Shown: positions 28,293 through 39,137, numbered from the stretch's first letter. The stretch is DNA of 64,000 nt from an uncultured bacterium (GCA_913050245.1 CAJWZJ010000005.1:30931-94930), one strand, 5' to 3'. Program-made: numbers and translations. The notes: a model not told the origin generated them from the letters alone.

Positions 28293-28941
28293 ATTTAACT
28301 AATGCTTTCTTTGCTGCATTGTTCTGAGCTTCTTTCTTTGTTTTTCCAGATCCAATAGATAATTTATTTTTTTTATCTTCAATTGAGACTTTGAATTTTT
28401 TATTATGTGGAGGGCCAATTTCTGATAAGACTTTATATATGGGAATGTATCCATAATTCTTTTGAAAAAATATTTGGATTTGAGATTTATAATCAAAAAT
28501 TTTAAATCTTTTTAAATCCATATCTAATAAAGTCTTTTTAACAAATTTTTCAGCTTCTCTAATACCAGAATCGATGTAAATACCTCCCAAAATTGCTTCA
28601 TACAAACATGATAAAGTTGAATCTTTCTCCATTCCTTTAGTTTTTAGTTCTCCAAGACCTAATAATAAATAATTATAAAATCTGAATTTTTTTGAGCATT
28701 CAGCTAAAGATTTTTTACTAACAATTTGATTTTTAATTTTTGATAGCTGTCCTTCAGAATAGTTTGGGAATTTTGAATATAAGTGCTTTGACACAACAAG
28801 TCCTAGGACAGAATCTCCTAAGAACTCAAGACGTTCATTATCAGGTAGTTTGTGCTCATTAGCATAGGATTTATGAGATAAACACTGTTTTAAAAGGTTT
28901 TTATTCTTAAATTTATAATTTATTAATTTTTCTAAGCTCAT
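28279..28941 (-). CDS. rnc: Ribonuclease III
   Basis: NERLEFLGDSVL signature and C-terminal dsRBD. Confidence 0.97.
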   Translation of the reverse strand: MSLEKLINYKFKNKNLLKQCLSHKSYANEHKLPDNERLEFLGDSVLGLVVSKHLYSKFPNYSEGQLSKIKNQIVSKKSLAECSKKFRFYNYLLLGLGELKTKGMEKDSTLSCLYEAILGGIYIDSGIREAEKFVKKTLLDMDLKRFKIFDYKSQIQIFFQKNYGYIPIYKVLSEIGPPHNKKFKVSIEDKKNKLSIGSGKTKKEAQNNAAKKALVKFNQI

Positions 28942-29045
28942 ATAAAAAACTTATCATATAATGAAAAAATTTTTAAATTAAAAAAGTTGTAAATAAGAGC
29001 TTTTGATGTAAATTTAATAGAGGGCTTCTCCCCGTAGGTTAGTAT

Positions 29046-29990
29046 ATGTCAAATCCTTTTGAAACTTTAAAGTCCGAACTTGATGAACTAGTAGTTGGTC
29101 ATAGTGAAGTCAAAACTGCTTTACTTCTTGGCATAGTAGCTAGGGAGCACATATACATTCAAGGACCTCCCGGAACTGCAAAAACAATGCTCTCTGAGAT
29201 TGTTTCAAAATCTGCTGAATTAAATTTCTTCTTTTACCAAATGCATAGAGATACAAGACTTTCAGAATTAGTTGGAGATTTAGTTATTTCAAGAGAAGAT
29301 ACAAATGATGGTGAAATAATTAGGCAAAATATTATTAAAGGCGGTATATTAACATCCGATATTTGCTTACTAGATGATATATCTAGAGCTCCAGGAGAGT
29401 CATTAAATGTTTTACTTAGAATATTAAATGAACGTAAATATGGTGACGAAGACATACCGTTGTTAACAGCTATAGCTACTAGTAATCCTACTGCTGATGA
29501 ATATTATAATGAACCTCTAGATCCTGCTAATTTAGATCGTTTTGTTATCCAGGTCAATTCAAAAGGTATTTCTTACTCTAAACAATGGGACGATGTTAAA
29601 AAAATAATTAGCTTATATTCTACTAAAACTGGGCAAAATGATTTTGTAGCAAAGGTTGGTAAAAAAGCTCTTGATGATAGCTTCAAAAAGCAAGAAAAAG
29701 TTGTTATCCCTGTTGATGTTCAAGAAGGTTTATCTTCTTTCATAAGCTGGCTAGTAGAAGATCAAAGGCTTAATGAATCTAATTCTGTTATTTCTGATAG
29801 AACATTTTTAGTTAAATCATTAAAATTGATTAAAGCTAATGCAGTAATTGACGGAAGAGACGAGGCAAATATATCGGACTTAAAAGTCCTTAGGTTTTTA
29901 TTACCTTTTCGTGTTCCCGAAGAAATTTTAGAAGCTGCTGAACAAAAATTGGAATCTTTTGAGAACCAAAAAAAAAAGACCAAGAAATAG
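29046..29990 (+). CDS. MoxR/RavA-like AAA+ ATPase
   Basis: GPPGTAKT Walker A, LLDDISRA Walker B (DD), ATSN sensor 1, LDRF arginine finger. Confidence 0.88.
   Translation: MSNPFETLKSELDELVVGHSEVKTALLLGIVAREHIYIQGPPGTAKTMLSEIVSKSAELNFFFYQMHRDTRLSELVGDLVISREDTNDGEIIRQNIIKGGILTSDICLLDDISRAPGESLNVLLRILNERKYGDEDIPLLTAIATSNPTADEYYNEPLDPANLDRFVIQVNSKGISYSKQWDDVKKIISLYSTKTGQNDFVAKVGKKALDDSFKKQEKVVIPVDVQEGLSSFISWLVEDQRLNESNSVISDRTFLVKSLKLIKANAVIDGRDEANISDLKVLRFLLPFRVPEEILEAAEQKLESFENQKKKTKK
29968..29978 (+). other. A10 homopolymer containing the A_AAA_AAG slippery heptamer (candidate recoding site)
   Basis: CAA AAA AAA AAG, three codons before the AAA+ stop; the -1 frame is open from 29963 into the vWA ORF. 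Confidence 0.7.
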
Positions 29991-30091
29991 AGAATAAGCA
30001 AAAAAGAGAAGGTGGAGATTACGAAAAGGATTCACCTAATAAACAAGCTGGAGATAACCAGGATAAAAATTCTGATATTACTGAAGAGCAG

Positions 30092-31147
30092 ATGAGTGAT
30101 GCAGAGAACTCATTTATGCAGGCTCTAGAAGAATTACAAGATAATTTGACTAGCGAAGATAATTCTAAACCTTTAGATTCGGATAAAAAGATTCCTACAA
30201 ATCCATCAAATAAGAGTGAAGATGATGGTGAAGGTGATATGAACAATGCACCGTTATCAGAAAAGGTATATGCTACAAAATCCAAAAGAGCTGGTGACAC
30301 TGATGCTTCAAAAATTGGAACAGAGGACAATCAAGAAATAGCTCAGAATGTGCAAATAGTTATGAAAGTTTTAGAAGGAAACATTCAAAGAAGTATTGCG
30401 AAAAGAGGACACTATCCTGGTGGGCTGCCAAGAAGATATAAGAGAATGAATTCATTTTATGAAATTGATGATGTAGATCCTATAGATGCAGCTATTTGGT
30501 CAAGAAATTTATCACCTCAACTACCAAGGGTTCATCAAAGAGAAAAAGAGATGATGGGGGGCGAGATTGCAATTTTAAGAGATATTAGTACATCCATGAT
30601 GGGCGTCTACAGCGAATGGTCTTCTTCTGTGGTAAAAGCTGTAATAGAACTTGCTAGGACAAAAAGGATGAGGGTTGGATATATTGAATTTAATCATAAA
30701 TCTTATAAAACAATTGTTGATGAAAAATTTTTTACTAAAGAGTATGAGACTATACTTGATCAAGCAACAAAAACTGAATGCTCAGGTAATACAAATTACG
30801 AGGAAGCTTTAAAGGATGCGATATCTGATTTTAAAGGTAGGGGTTTAAGAAATAAACATATACTTTTTATAACAGATGGAATACCTACGTCGGGAGATAC
30901 TGAAGTTAAAAGGGAGAGAGAAAGGGCTAAAAAATTAGGTATCTGTATTCATTCTATATTTATTGGATCTAAGAATTTTCCTTTCATTTTAAATACAATA
31001 TCAAAAGAAACTTATGGATCACAATTTGTAGCATACCGTGCAAAAAATGGAAATATTAAGATAGAGAAGAAAGAAAATAGTCTTCAATTCAAGAAGCAAG
31101 CTCCAACTGAGGACCCTGACAGTGAGAATCTTCTAAACTTTATTTAG
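30092..31147 (+). CDS. vWA (MIDAS) domain protein with a long acidic N-terminal linker; frame open upstream to 29963
   Basis: LRDISTSM (DxSxS), GNTNYEEAL, LFITDGIP. No SD evident before 30092. Confidence 0.85.
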   Translation: MSDAENSFMQALEELQDNLTSEDNSKPLDSDKKIPTNPSNKSEDDGEGDMNNAPLSEKVYATKSKRAGDTDASKIGTEDNQEIAQNVQIVMKVLEGNIQRSIAKRGHYPGGLPRRYKRMNSFYEIDDVDPIDAAIWSRNLSPQLPRVHQREKEMMGGEIAILRDISTSMMGVYSEWSSSVVKAVIELARTKRMRVGYIEFNHKSYKTIVDEKFFTKEYETILDQATKTECSGNTNYEEALKDAISDFKGRGLRNKHILFITDGIPTSGDTEVKRERERAKKLGICIHSIFIGSKNFPFILNTISKETYGSQFVAYRAKNGNIKIEKKENSLQFKKQAPTEDPDSENLLNFI

Positions 31148-32274
31148 TCTACTATTAAATTGTCTCGATTAATTATTTCATCTGAATATTTATAGCCAAG
31201 CACGCTTTCGATTTGCGAGGATTTTATTCCAATAATTTTTGTTAAATCCTCCGAACTATATGAGATCAAACCTCTAGCAATATTTTTCTTGCTAGAATCA
31301 TCTATTATTATTACTTGCTGACCTTTTTCAAAATTTCCTTCTACTTTTTTGATACCTGATGGAAGTAAACTTTTACCTTTTTTTACTATTGCCTCTGCAG
31401 CTCCTTTATCAACAAAGATTTTTCCTGATGTTTTAAGACCTATACCAATCCATTTTTTTCTGCTTTTAACTGATTTATTTGAAGGAGATATCATGGTCCC
31501 AATATCTTTAAAAGAAAAAATTTTCAATAAAATATCTTTTTTCATACCATTTGCAATAATTGTTGGTATACCAAATTTTGAAACATTTAGTGCTGCATCA
31601 ATTTTTGATGTCATGCCGCCTGAAGAAATATTATCTTTTGAGTCTGATAATATATTTCTATCAAATTGATCGTCAGATATCATTGACAATAGATTTACAT
31701 TTTTATTCTTCTTTGGGTTACCATCATAAAGACCATCTGTATCAGTTAGTAAAATTAAGAAATTGGCATCAACCATAGAGGCAACTTTGGATGCAAGTAT
31801 ATCATTATCTCCAAACATTATTTCATCAATTGAAACCGTATCATTCTCATTCACAATTGGAACTATGTTCATTTTTAATAATTCCAGAATCATTGCCCTA
31901 GCATTTAAAAATCTTTTTCTATCTTGAAAAATATCATTTGTCAGTAAAAGTTGTGAAACCCTTGTTTTTTCTTTTTGAAAAAATTCTGAATAAATAGTCA
32001 TAAGTTTAATTTGACCCAAAGAAGACAGAACTTGTTTTTTAATAATATTTGAATTTTTAATGTTAATCTTTAAAAATTCATTACCTGCAAGAATAGCTCC
32101 AGATGTAATCAATATAACTTCAATATTATTTTTTCTCAATCCAGAAATTGAGGTAACAAGATTCTGAATTATCTTTCTACTTATTTTTTCCTTACCATTT
32201 GATAAAGCTTTAGAGCCAATTTTAACGACAACCCTTTTTGCTTTATTAATAAAAAATTTTCTATCTTCTTTCAT
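31144..32274 (-). CDS. proB: Glutamate 5-kinase with PUA domain
   Basis: VVVKIGS, PIVNENDTVS, FGDNDILA, SGGMTSK. Confidence 0.97.
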   Translation of the reverse strand: MKEDRKFFINKAKRVVVKIGSKALSNGKEKISRKIIQNLVTSISGLRKNNIEVILITSGAILAGNEFLKINIKNSNIIKKQVLSSLGQIKLMTIYSEFFQKEKTRVSQLLLTNDIFQDRKRFLNARAMILELLKMNIVPIVNENDTVSIDEIMFGDNDILASKVASMVDANFLILLTDTDGLYDGNPKKNKNVNLLSMISDDQFDRNILSDSKDNISSGGMTSKIDAALNVSKFGIPTIIANGMKKDILLKIFSFKDIGTMISPSNKSVKSRKKWIGIGLKTSGKIFVDKGAAEAIVKKGKSLLPSGIKKVEGNFEKGQQVIIIDDSSKKNIARGLISYSSEDLTKIIGIKSSQIESVLGYKYSDEIINRDNLIVD

Positions 32275-32285
32275 TTATAATCCTA

Positions 32286-32312
32286 TTGACATAAAAAATA
32301 TAGAAGTATAAT
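32286..32312 (+). promoter_or_regulatory. Sigma70 promoter for tRNA-Gly
   Basis: Perfect TTGACA (32286-91) and TATAAT (32307-12) with a short 15-nt spacer. Confidence 0.7.
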
Positions 32313-32329
32313 TAATGAATGTCTAGTCT

Positions 32330-32997
<668 letters not shown>

Positions 32998-33011
<14 letters not shown>

Positions 33012-33501
33012 TTTTTATTTTTATGTACTCCTCATAAAATTTTTTACCGAAATACTTTTTCAATAGTATATCGTTAACAAGCTTATAGTTTAAATTACCA
33101 ATTGTTCCTACAGCATTATCCTTATTCAGTATTTTAACTTCAACATTTACTAATGTGTTATTTCTCTCAATCTTAGTTGCGATTGCTCTAAGTTTAGTAT
33201 TTGCTTCTAATTTATTCAGATAATCTAAAGTCATTCTTGTAGTAAAACCAATAGTTTTATATTTGTTGTACATAGCCCAAAAACCAACCTCATCTATAAC
33301 AGTAGCCTGAATACCGCCGTGAATTATATTAGGAAATCCTGTGTAATCATTACTTAATATAAAATCTGAAAAACAATTTTCATCATTTTGAACTATTTCA
33401 AGTTTTAATCCAATTTGATTTCTTGATGAGCAAGCAAAACAATTATGATCTGTATATTTCTCGAATAAGTTTCTCAATCTCTGAGAAAAACTAATCACCA
33501 T
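32998..33501 (-). CDS. PaaI-family hotdog-fold thioesterase
   Basis: [30 protein letters not shown]. The ATG at 33501 overlaps the gyrA stop. Confidence 0.85.
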
Positions 33502-35923
33502 CTTCTTTCTCATCAACTTTAGCAGCAGCAACGACTTTAATATTTTCTTCCAATCTCATTAGTCTTACTCCCTGTGTAGCTCTTCCAATTATTGATATAT
33601 CAGATGATTTTAATCTATTTGCTTTTCCAACAGATGATAAAAGTATAACGTCGTCCCCATCTTTAACTTGAAAAGCATTAACAATATTTCCTGTTTTCTC
33701 AGTTATTTTGAGAGTTGTAACCCCTTTTCCTCCCCTTCCAATAAGTCTATATTTTTCGACCTCCGTTCTTTTCCCATAACCATTCTCTGTTATTGTCAGA
33801 ATTTGTGATGATGAATCTTTAATAACTTCTGCACTTACTACGAAATCTTCGCCCTTAAGACTGATTCCTTTGACACCCATACTGTTTCTTCCAACGGCTC
33901 TAACATCATTTTCATTAAATCTTATAGCTTGACCGTTCCTTGTAGAAATTAATATCTGATTATCCCCAGAACTTGTTCTTACTGATATCAATTCATCATT
34001 ATCCTTAAGATTAATTGCTATTATCCCATTAGATCTTGGCCTAGAATATTCTTCTAGCTTTGTTTTCTTAACAATTCCACTTTTTGTTGTCATTATCAGA
34101 TATTGGTCTTGCTCAAAACTTCTTAATGATACATAAGATCTTACTTTTTCATTTTCTGATAAATTAAGTATGTTAGTTAATGCTCTGCCTCTAGCAGTTA
34201 GGCTTGATTCTGGTAATTCATGAACTTTTCTCCAAAAGCATTTACCAGAACTTGTAAAGAACATCACATAATCATGGGTAGATGCAACAAAAACATGTTC
34301 AGCAAAATCATCATTTTTTGAAGTGGCACCTGTTCTTCCTACCCCTCCCCTTCTTTGGCTTTTGTATAACTTTTCAGAAGTTCTTTTTATAAAACCTTCA
34401 TGTGTGAGTGTTACGGTCATATCTTCTTGGGTAATTAAGTCCTCTACTGACATACCTCCAAGGTCTCTATCATCAATATCTGTTCTTCTTTCGTCACCAT
34501 AAATTGTAATCAAATCTTCAAGTTCACTAATCATTATTTTATTAATTTCATTATCATTAGATAATATTTTTTCTATTTCTTTTATTCTTTTAATTAATAA
34601 ATTTCTCTCTTCAAAAATTTTCTCTTGCTCCATGCCTGTGAGTCTCTGAAGCCTTAAATCTAGAATTGCATTAGCTTGAATTTCCGATATTTTTAATTTC
34701 TTTATTAATGAGGCTCTAGCATCAGCTGGCTCTTTAGAAGACCTGATTATTTTTATTGTCTGATCAAGCTTATCCAATGCAATTTTGAATCCTTCGAGTA
34801 TATGCAACCTATCTTTTGCTTTAGAAAGTTCAAATAAAAATCTTTTTGTTATAATTTCAAATCTATGATCTATAAAACACTGGTTAATATCTTTTAAGCC
34901 AAGAAGTTTAGGTTTATTTTTATCTATTGCAAGCAATATAATACCAAAAGTAGTACTTAGGGGAGTTAGTGAGAATAGATTATTTAAAATTACATTAGGA
35001 TCTTCATTCCTCTTTGGGTCAATAACAATCCTCATTCCATCCCTATTTGATTCATCTCTTAAATCTGAAATTCCTTTTATCTTTTCATCCTTAACAAGAT
35101 CAGCAATCTTTTCAATTAATTTACTCTTATTAACTTGATAAGGTATTTCAGTTATAACGATTGAATTTGTTTCTGTCTCAACAAAAGCTTTACCACGAAG
35201 TTTAATTATGCCTCTACCTGTCGAATATGCTTGCTTAATTATTTCCTTGGATCCATGCATTATTCCACCTGTTGGAAAATCTGGACCGGGAATTATTTTA
35301 ATTAATTCTTCAATAGAAATTTTAGGATTTTTAATTTGTGCTATTACAGAATTAGCAAGTTCTTTGAAATTATGTGGAGGGATATTTGTTGACATACCTA
35401 CAGCAATTCCTGAAGCACCATTTAATAAAAGATTTGGAATTTTTGAAGGTAAAACTTTAGGCTCTTTAGAAGATCCATCATAATTCTCAATAAAATCTAC
35501 CGTACTTTTGTCTATATCTTCCAGAATTTCTGAGGTTAATTTTGCTAATTTAACTTCAGTATATCTCATCGCAGCAGCAGGGTCGCCATCAACGGATCCG
35601 AAGTTTCCCTGGCCGTCGACTAAAGGGTATCTAAGAGAAAAATCTTGCGCCATCCTAACCAATGCTTCATATAATGCACTGTCTCCATGAGGATGAAATT
35701 TACCCATAACATCTCCCACAACCCTAGCTGACTTTTTATATGATTTATTTGATTCAAGACCTAGATCTTTCATTCCATATAAAAGTCTTCTATGTACAGG
35801 TTTTAATCCATCTCTAACATCGGGCAAAGCTCTACCAATGATGACACTTAAAGAATAGCTCAAATATGAGTCTTTTAGCTCATCATAGATCTCAGTTGAT
35901 TTAATGTTTTTATCAGTTGAAAT
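33491..35923 (-). CDS. gyrA: DNA gyrase subunit A, probable ATT start
   Basis: [29 protein letters not shown], GyrA-box QRRGGVG. The conserved N-terminus ([11 protein letters not shown]) extends upstream of the track's TTG to an ATT 9 nt after GGAGA. Confidence 0.96.
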   Translation of the reverse strand: MSTDKNIKSTEIYDELKDSYLSYSLSVIIGRALPDVRDGLKPVHRRLLYGMKDLGLESNKSYKKSARVVGDVMGKFHPHGDSALYEALVRMAQDFSLRYPLVDGQGNFGSVDGDPAAAMRYTEVKLAKLTSEILEDIDKSTVDFIENYDGSSKEPKVLPSKIPNLLLNGASGIAVGMSTNIPPHNFKELANSVIAQIKNPKISIEELIKIIPGPDFPTGGIMHGSKEIIKQAYSTGRGIIKLRGKAFVETETNSIVITEIPYQVNKSKLIEKIADLVKDEKIKGISDLRDESNRDGMRIVIDPKRNEDPNVILNNLFSLTPLSTTFGIILLAIDKNKPKLLGLKDINQCFIDHRFEIITKRFLFELSKAKDRLHILEGFKIALDKLDQTIKIIRSSKEPADARASLIKKLKISEIQANAILDLRLQRLTGMEQEKIFEERNLLIKRIKEIEKILSNDNEINKIMISELEDLITIYGDERRTDIDDRDLGGMSVEDLITQEDMTVTLTHEGFIKRTSEKLYKSQRRGGVGRTGATSKNDDFAEHVFVASTHDYVMFFTSSGKCFWRKVHELPESSLTARGRALTNILNLSENEKVRSYVSLRSFEQDQYLIMTTKSGIVKKTKLEEYSRPRSNGIIAINLKDNDELISVRTSSGDNQILISTRNGQAIRFNENDVRAVGRNSMGVKGISLKGEDFVVSAEVIKDSSSQILTITENGYGKRTEVEKYRLIGRGGKGVTTLKITEKTGNIVNAFQVKDGDDVILLSSVGKANRLKSSDISIIGRATQGVRLMRLEENIKVVAAAKVDEKEDGD

Positions 35924-35984
35924 TGTGAATTTTCTCCAAGATAAAGATACAATTATTATACATTTTTATAGGTAAAAATGAAGT

Positions 35985-36995
35985 CTAAATATCTGAAATT
36001 ATACCTTTTTTTATTATATTAGAAACAAGATTTTCAGGGCTGTAATTCTTATATAAAACAGCATAAATAGATTCCAATATTGGGGCTTTAAATTTATATT
36101 TTTTCGCTAATTTTATAAAAGCTTTTGAAGTATAGTATCCTTCAGCAATAGAATTTGAAGATCTTAGAACTGATTTAATATTCATCCCCTTACCTATCAT
36201 AAAGCCTAAATTCCTATTCCTACTTTGTATGCCATAACATGTAAGCATAAGGTCTCCGACACCTGATAATCCTAAGAAAGTTTTCTCCTTAGCACCCAAA
36301 ATTTTTGAGAATTGCCTAATTTCAAACAAACTTCTTGTTATAAATGCAGCTTTTGTACTCTCACTATTTCCAACGCCATCTATTATTCCTGCTCCAATAG
36401 CAATAACGTTTTTCAAAGCACCAGCAATTTCAACACCTTGTATATCATTGGATCGATAAACTTTTAAATTTGTATTATCAAATATGGAGCTAACCATCTC
36501 AAGCGATAAACCACTTTTTGAAGCTAAAGTAACGGCTGTTGGAAGTTCTGCAATAACATCTTTTGCAAAACTAGGACCAGACAGCGTAATGTACTTCCTA
36601 GGACTTACATTTAAAGTTTCATTAAAGACTTCATTAATAAATTTAAGCGATTTAATCTCTATTCCTTTTGATGCATTAACTATTAAAGATTTTTTATTCA
36701 AATATTTTTTCAATTTTATCAATATCGGCCTTAAATATTGTGTTGGAATTGCAAAAATATAAATATCAGAATTAATTAAATCTTTATTTTTTATATCGTT
36801 TGTAGCATTTAAATTTTTAGAGAGCTTATGACCGGGCAAAAAAAGTTTATTTTCTTGAATTTTATTAATCGAATCACAAACTGATGATTCTTTTGCCCAG
36901 ATATTTACCTTCTTAGAATTATGAGCAATAAGATTAGCCAGGGATGTTCCCCAACTGCCACCACCAAAAACTGAAACATTATTGTTTGATTTCAT
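35985..36995 (-). CDS. gpsA: NAD(P)H-dependent glycerol-3-phosphate dehydrogenase
   Basis: GGGSWGTSLA, SKGIE, LSGPSFA, GALKNVIAI, SRNRNLG. Confidence 0.96.
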   Translation of the reverse strand: MKSNNNVSVFGGGSWGTSLANLIAHNSKKVNIWAKESSVCDSINKIQENKLFLPGHKLSKNLNATNDIKNKDLINSDIYIFAIPTQYLRPILIKLKKYLNKKSLIVNASKGIEIKSLKFINEVFNETLNVSPRKYITLSGPSFAKDVIAELPTAVTLASKSGLSLEMVSSIFDNTNLKVYRSNDIQGVEIAGALKNVIAIGAGIIDGVGNSESTKAAFITRSLFEIRQFSKILGAKEKTFLGLSGVGDLMLTCYGIQSRNRNLGFMIGKGMNIKSVLRSSNSIAEGYYTSKAFIKLAKKYKFKAPILESIYAVLYKNYSPENLVSNIIKKGIISDI

Positions 36996-37032
36996 TTGGT
37001 ATTAATATTATATTTATTTCATAGGAGTTACA

Positions 37033-37212
37033 ATGTTACGAAGAGATTATTTAGGTTCTATACTAGTTTGTACTTTACTTTTTTCCCTTGTAGGTTTAGG
37101 TATCTATAAAGCTTCTCATGTAGATTTAAGTTTGTATTTAAAAATTGTTGGTTCATTCGTAGTAATTGCAATTTTCATAGGATTTATTACATATTTAACT
37201 GGCAAAGAATAG
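37033..37212 (+). CDS. Small 59-aa two-TM membrane protein (not in the ORF track)
   Basis: AGGAG SD 5 nt before the ATG; MLRRDYLGSILVCTLLFSLVGLGIYKASHVDLSLYLKIVGSFVVIAIFIGFITYLTGKE*; fills the gap exactly. Confidence 0.75.
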   Translation: MLRRDYLGSILVCTLLFSLVGLGIYKASHVDLSLYLKIVGSFVVIAIFIGFITYLTGKE

Positions 37213-37608
37213 TTATTTTTTAGTATTCGCATTTATCCAATCAATCATTTCAGTTGTAGATGTACCAGGGCCGAAAATCTCTTTTACACCTGCTTTTTTA
37301 AGATTTGGAATATCTTCGTCTGGGATTATTCCTCCACCAAATACTACAACATCATTTAGTCCTTTTTCATTTAAACTCTTGATGATTTCGGGAAATAAAA
37401 AATTATGCGCACCAGACAATAAACTAACACCTATAGCGTCAACATCTTCCTGAAGTGCTGCCTCTGCAATCATTTCTGGAGTTTGATGTAAGCCCGTATA
37501 AATAACCTCAAAGCCTGCATCTCTGAGTGCACGTGTAATTATCTTTGCTCCTCTATCATGTCCATCTAGGCCAGCTTTTGCTATTAATATTCTAATTTTA
37601 TTTGCCAT
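37213..37608 (-). CDS. Stand-alone cobalamin-binding subunit of an acyl-CoA mutase (methylmalonyl-CoA mutase C-terminal-like)
   Basis: [12 protein letters not shown] (DxHxxG), SLLSGAH, GGGIIP, FGPGT. Confidence 0.93.
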   Translation of the reverse strand: MANKIRILIAKAGLDGHDRGAKIITRALRDAGFEVIYTGLHQTPEMIAEAALQEDVDAIGVSLLSGAHNFLFPEIIKSLNEKGLNDVVVFGGGIIPDEDIPNLKKAGVKEIFGPGTSTTEMIDWINANTKK

Positions 37609-37626
37609 GAGATAAATATTTATAAA

Positions 37627-37980
37627 CTATTCATTAAAAAAATACAATTTCTTAGTATAAATATTCTTAGGGTCAGAATCTATCATAAATGAATAGTATA
37701 GTTTTTCACCAGGCCCTAAAGGCATTGAAGAGTTATTTATTAACCTAATAGTATTTGCCTCTAATATCTCACCATATTTATTTTTTGCAATAAATCTTAT
37801 AGAAAGTTTTGTAATTTTTTTACTAGATTTATTTATATAATATCCAGAGTATTCCAATTTGTTTGATGAATTAATGGTCTCTATTAATGGTGTTCTATGA
37901 TTATTAGATGCAAAAGAATTTAATGATAAAGAAAATAAAAGAATGAGAAAAAGAATAAATAGAAACCTATTTCTTATCAT
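37627..37980 (-). CDS. Hypothetical secreted protein, FxLYD-like beta-sandwich
   Basis: Signal peptide, then SGYYINKS..LSIRFIAKNKYGEIL...LGPGEK..YSF, resembling the FxLYD pattern. Confidence 0.6.
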   Translation of the reverse strand: MIRNRFLFILFLILLFSLSLNSFASNNHRTPLIETINSSNKLEYSGYYINKSSKKITKLSIRFIAKNKYGEILEANTIRLINNSSMPLGPGEKLYYSFMIDSDPKNIYTKKLYFFNE

Positions 37981-38668
37981 TTGTATTAGAATCATTCTTA
38001 TGGTCCTCAATTATTTGATTTATAATCTTTTGCATTATTTTAATAGATCCAATAGAACCCTCTTTAATATATGAAGAATCATCTACAGGTGGTCTTTTCT
38101 TTTTTGTCCACAAATAAAAGAGAAAAGCTTGATTATTAAGTATTAGAAATAACAAAAGATAAAATACAGCATTAGTTGATAAAGTTCTCAAAACTAAAGG
38201 AATATTATCAACTTCGACTCTAACCACACCTATTGTTTCATCGTTATTCTTATAAAAGGGTTTAATTGCAACATATTTATTATTGAAGAAAAATCTTTTG
38301 TCCTGATTTATTTCAGACTTATCATTTTTCTGAAAATTTTCATCCACACCAGCATTAACTTTGCCAGAGATTATATCATCGACAAAATACACTGAAATAA
38401 TATCGGGTTTAGTAATTGTAAATGCAGAAGATAGCTCATCTATACCAATTTTAGAATCTAAAAAAGCAAGAAAATCCTTTGAACTTCTAGATTTATCATT
38501 AGAAAAGAAGATGCCTGCTTGTTTTGCGACAAGTTCTGTAAACTGCTTACTCTGTATTTTTAAAGATTCTCTTTCAAGATTAAAATTAAAAATAAAAATT
38601 GTAGAAATAAAAGAAAGAATTAATAATTGAATAACTAAGATAATTATGAATCTTCTTAAATAATACAT
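37967..38668 (-). CDS. Hypothetical membrane protein: TM, extracytoplasmic Cache-like domain, TM, short tail
   Basis: Two hydrophobic helices flanking about 130 aa that end in YVAIKPFYKNNDETIGVVRVEVD. Confidence 0.65.
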   Translation of the reverse strand: MYYLRRFIIILVIQLLILSFISTIFIFNFNLERESLKIQSKQFTELVAKQAGIFFSNDKSRSSKDFLAFLDSKIGIDELSSAFTITKPDIISVYFVDDIISGKVNAGVDENFQKNDKSEINQDKRFFFNNKYVAIKPFYKNNDETIGVVRVEVDNIPLVLRTLSTNAVFYLLLFLILNNQAFLFYLWTKKKRPPVDDSSYIKEGSIGSIKIMQKIINQIIEDHKNDSNTNDKK

Positions 38669-39093
38669 TATGCAGTTTTCGTTAACTCATTAACTTTTTC
38701 AAGAACTTCTTTAGATACTCGCTTATCAGACTTAAGCAACATGTAAATCATTCCAACAAAATCTTTTTTTACATCAGTATTTAGATTTCTAAAAAGATCT
38801 AATAATAACTTTTCTGAATTTGTAATAGGCTCATTTAATGAAGAAATAATTTTTTCTTTATTAAGGAAACGTAATAATTTTTGATCTTTTGCCTTAGACC
38901 ATATAATTTCTTTTGAAACATTTAAAACTTTTGAAATGTCCTCACACTTAGATTTTGATGGAGCATCAACTTTTCCAGTTTCAAGTTGATGAATATATAC
39001 AGTTGATACACCAAGACCATTTGCCAAATTTTCCTGGGTTATTCTTTTTGATTTTCTGAGTTCTTTTAAAAATTTTCCAAAACTATTATGCAT
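38668..39093 (-). CDS. XRE-family HTH transcriptional regulator
   Basis: FGKFLKELRKSKRITQENLANGLGVSTVYIHQLETGK. Confidence 0.92.
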   Translation of the reverse strand: MHNSFGKFLKELRKSKRITQENLANGLGVSTVYIHQLETGKVDAPSKSKCEDISKVLNVSKEIIWSKAKDQKLLRFLNKEKIISSLNEPITNSEKLLLDLFRNLNTDVKKDFVGMIYMLLKSDKRVSKEVLEKVNELTKTA

Positions 39094-39099
39094 ATTCTT

Positions 39100-39128
39100 A
39101 TTTTACAGAGTTGAATATAATATTGCAA
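39100..39128 (-). promoter_or_regulatory. Sigma70 promoter giving a leaderless XRE mRNA
   Basis: TTGCAA-17-TAAAAT-6 nt-ATG. Confidence 0.6.
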
Positions 39129-39137
39129 TTAAGAAAG

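Noticed and set aside
29018-29045. Short GC-rich leader (AGAGGGCTTCTCCCCGTAGG) upstream of the MoxR gene
   Set aside because: Only a 3-bp stem is possible; too weak to call a regulatory RNA.
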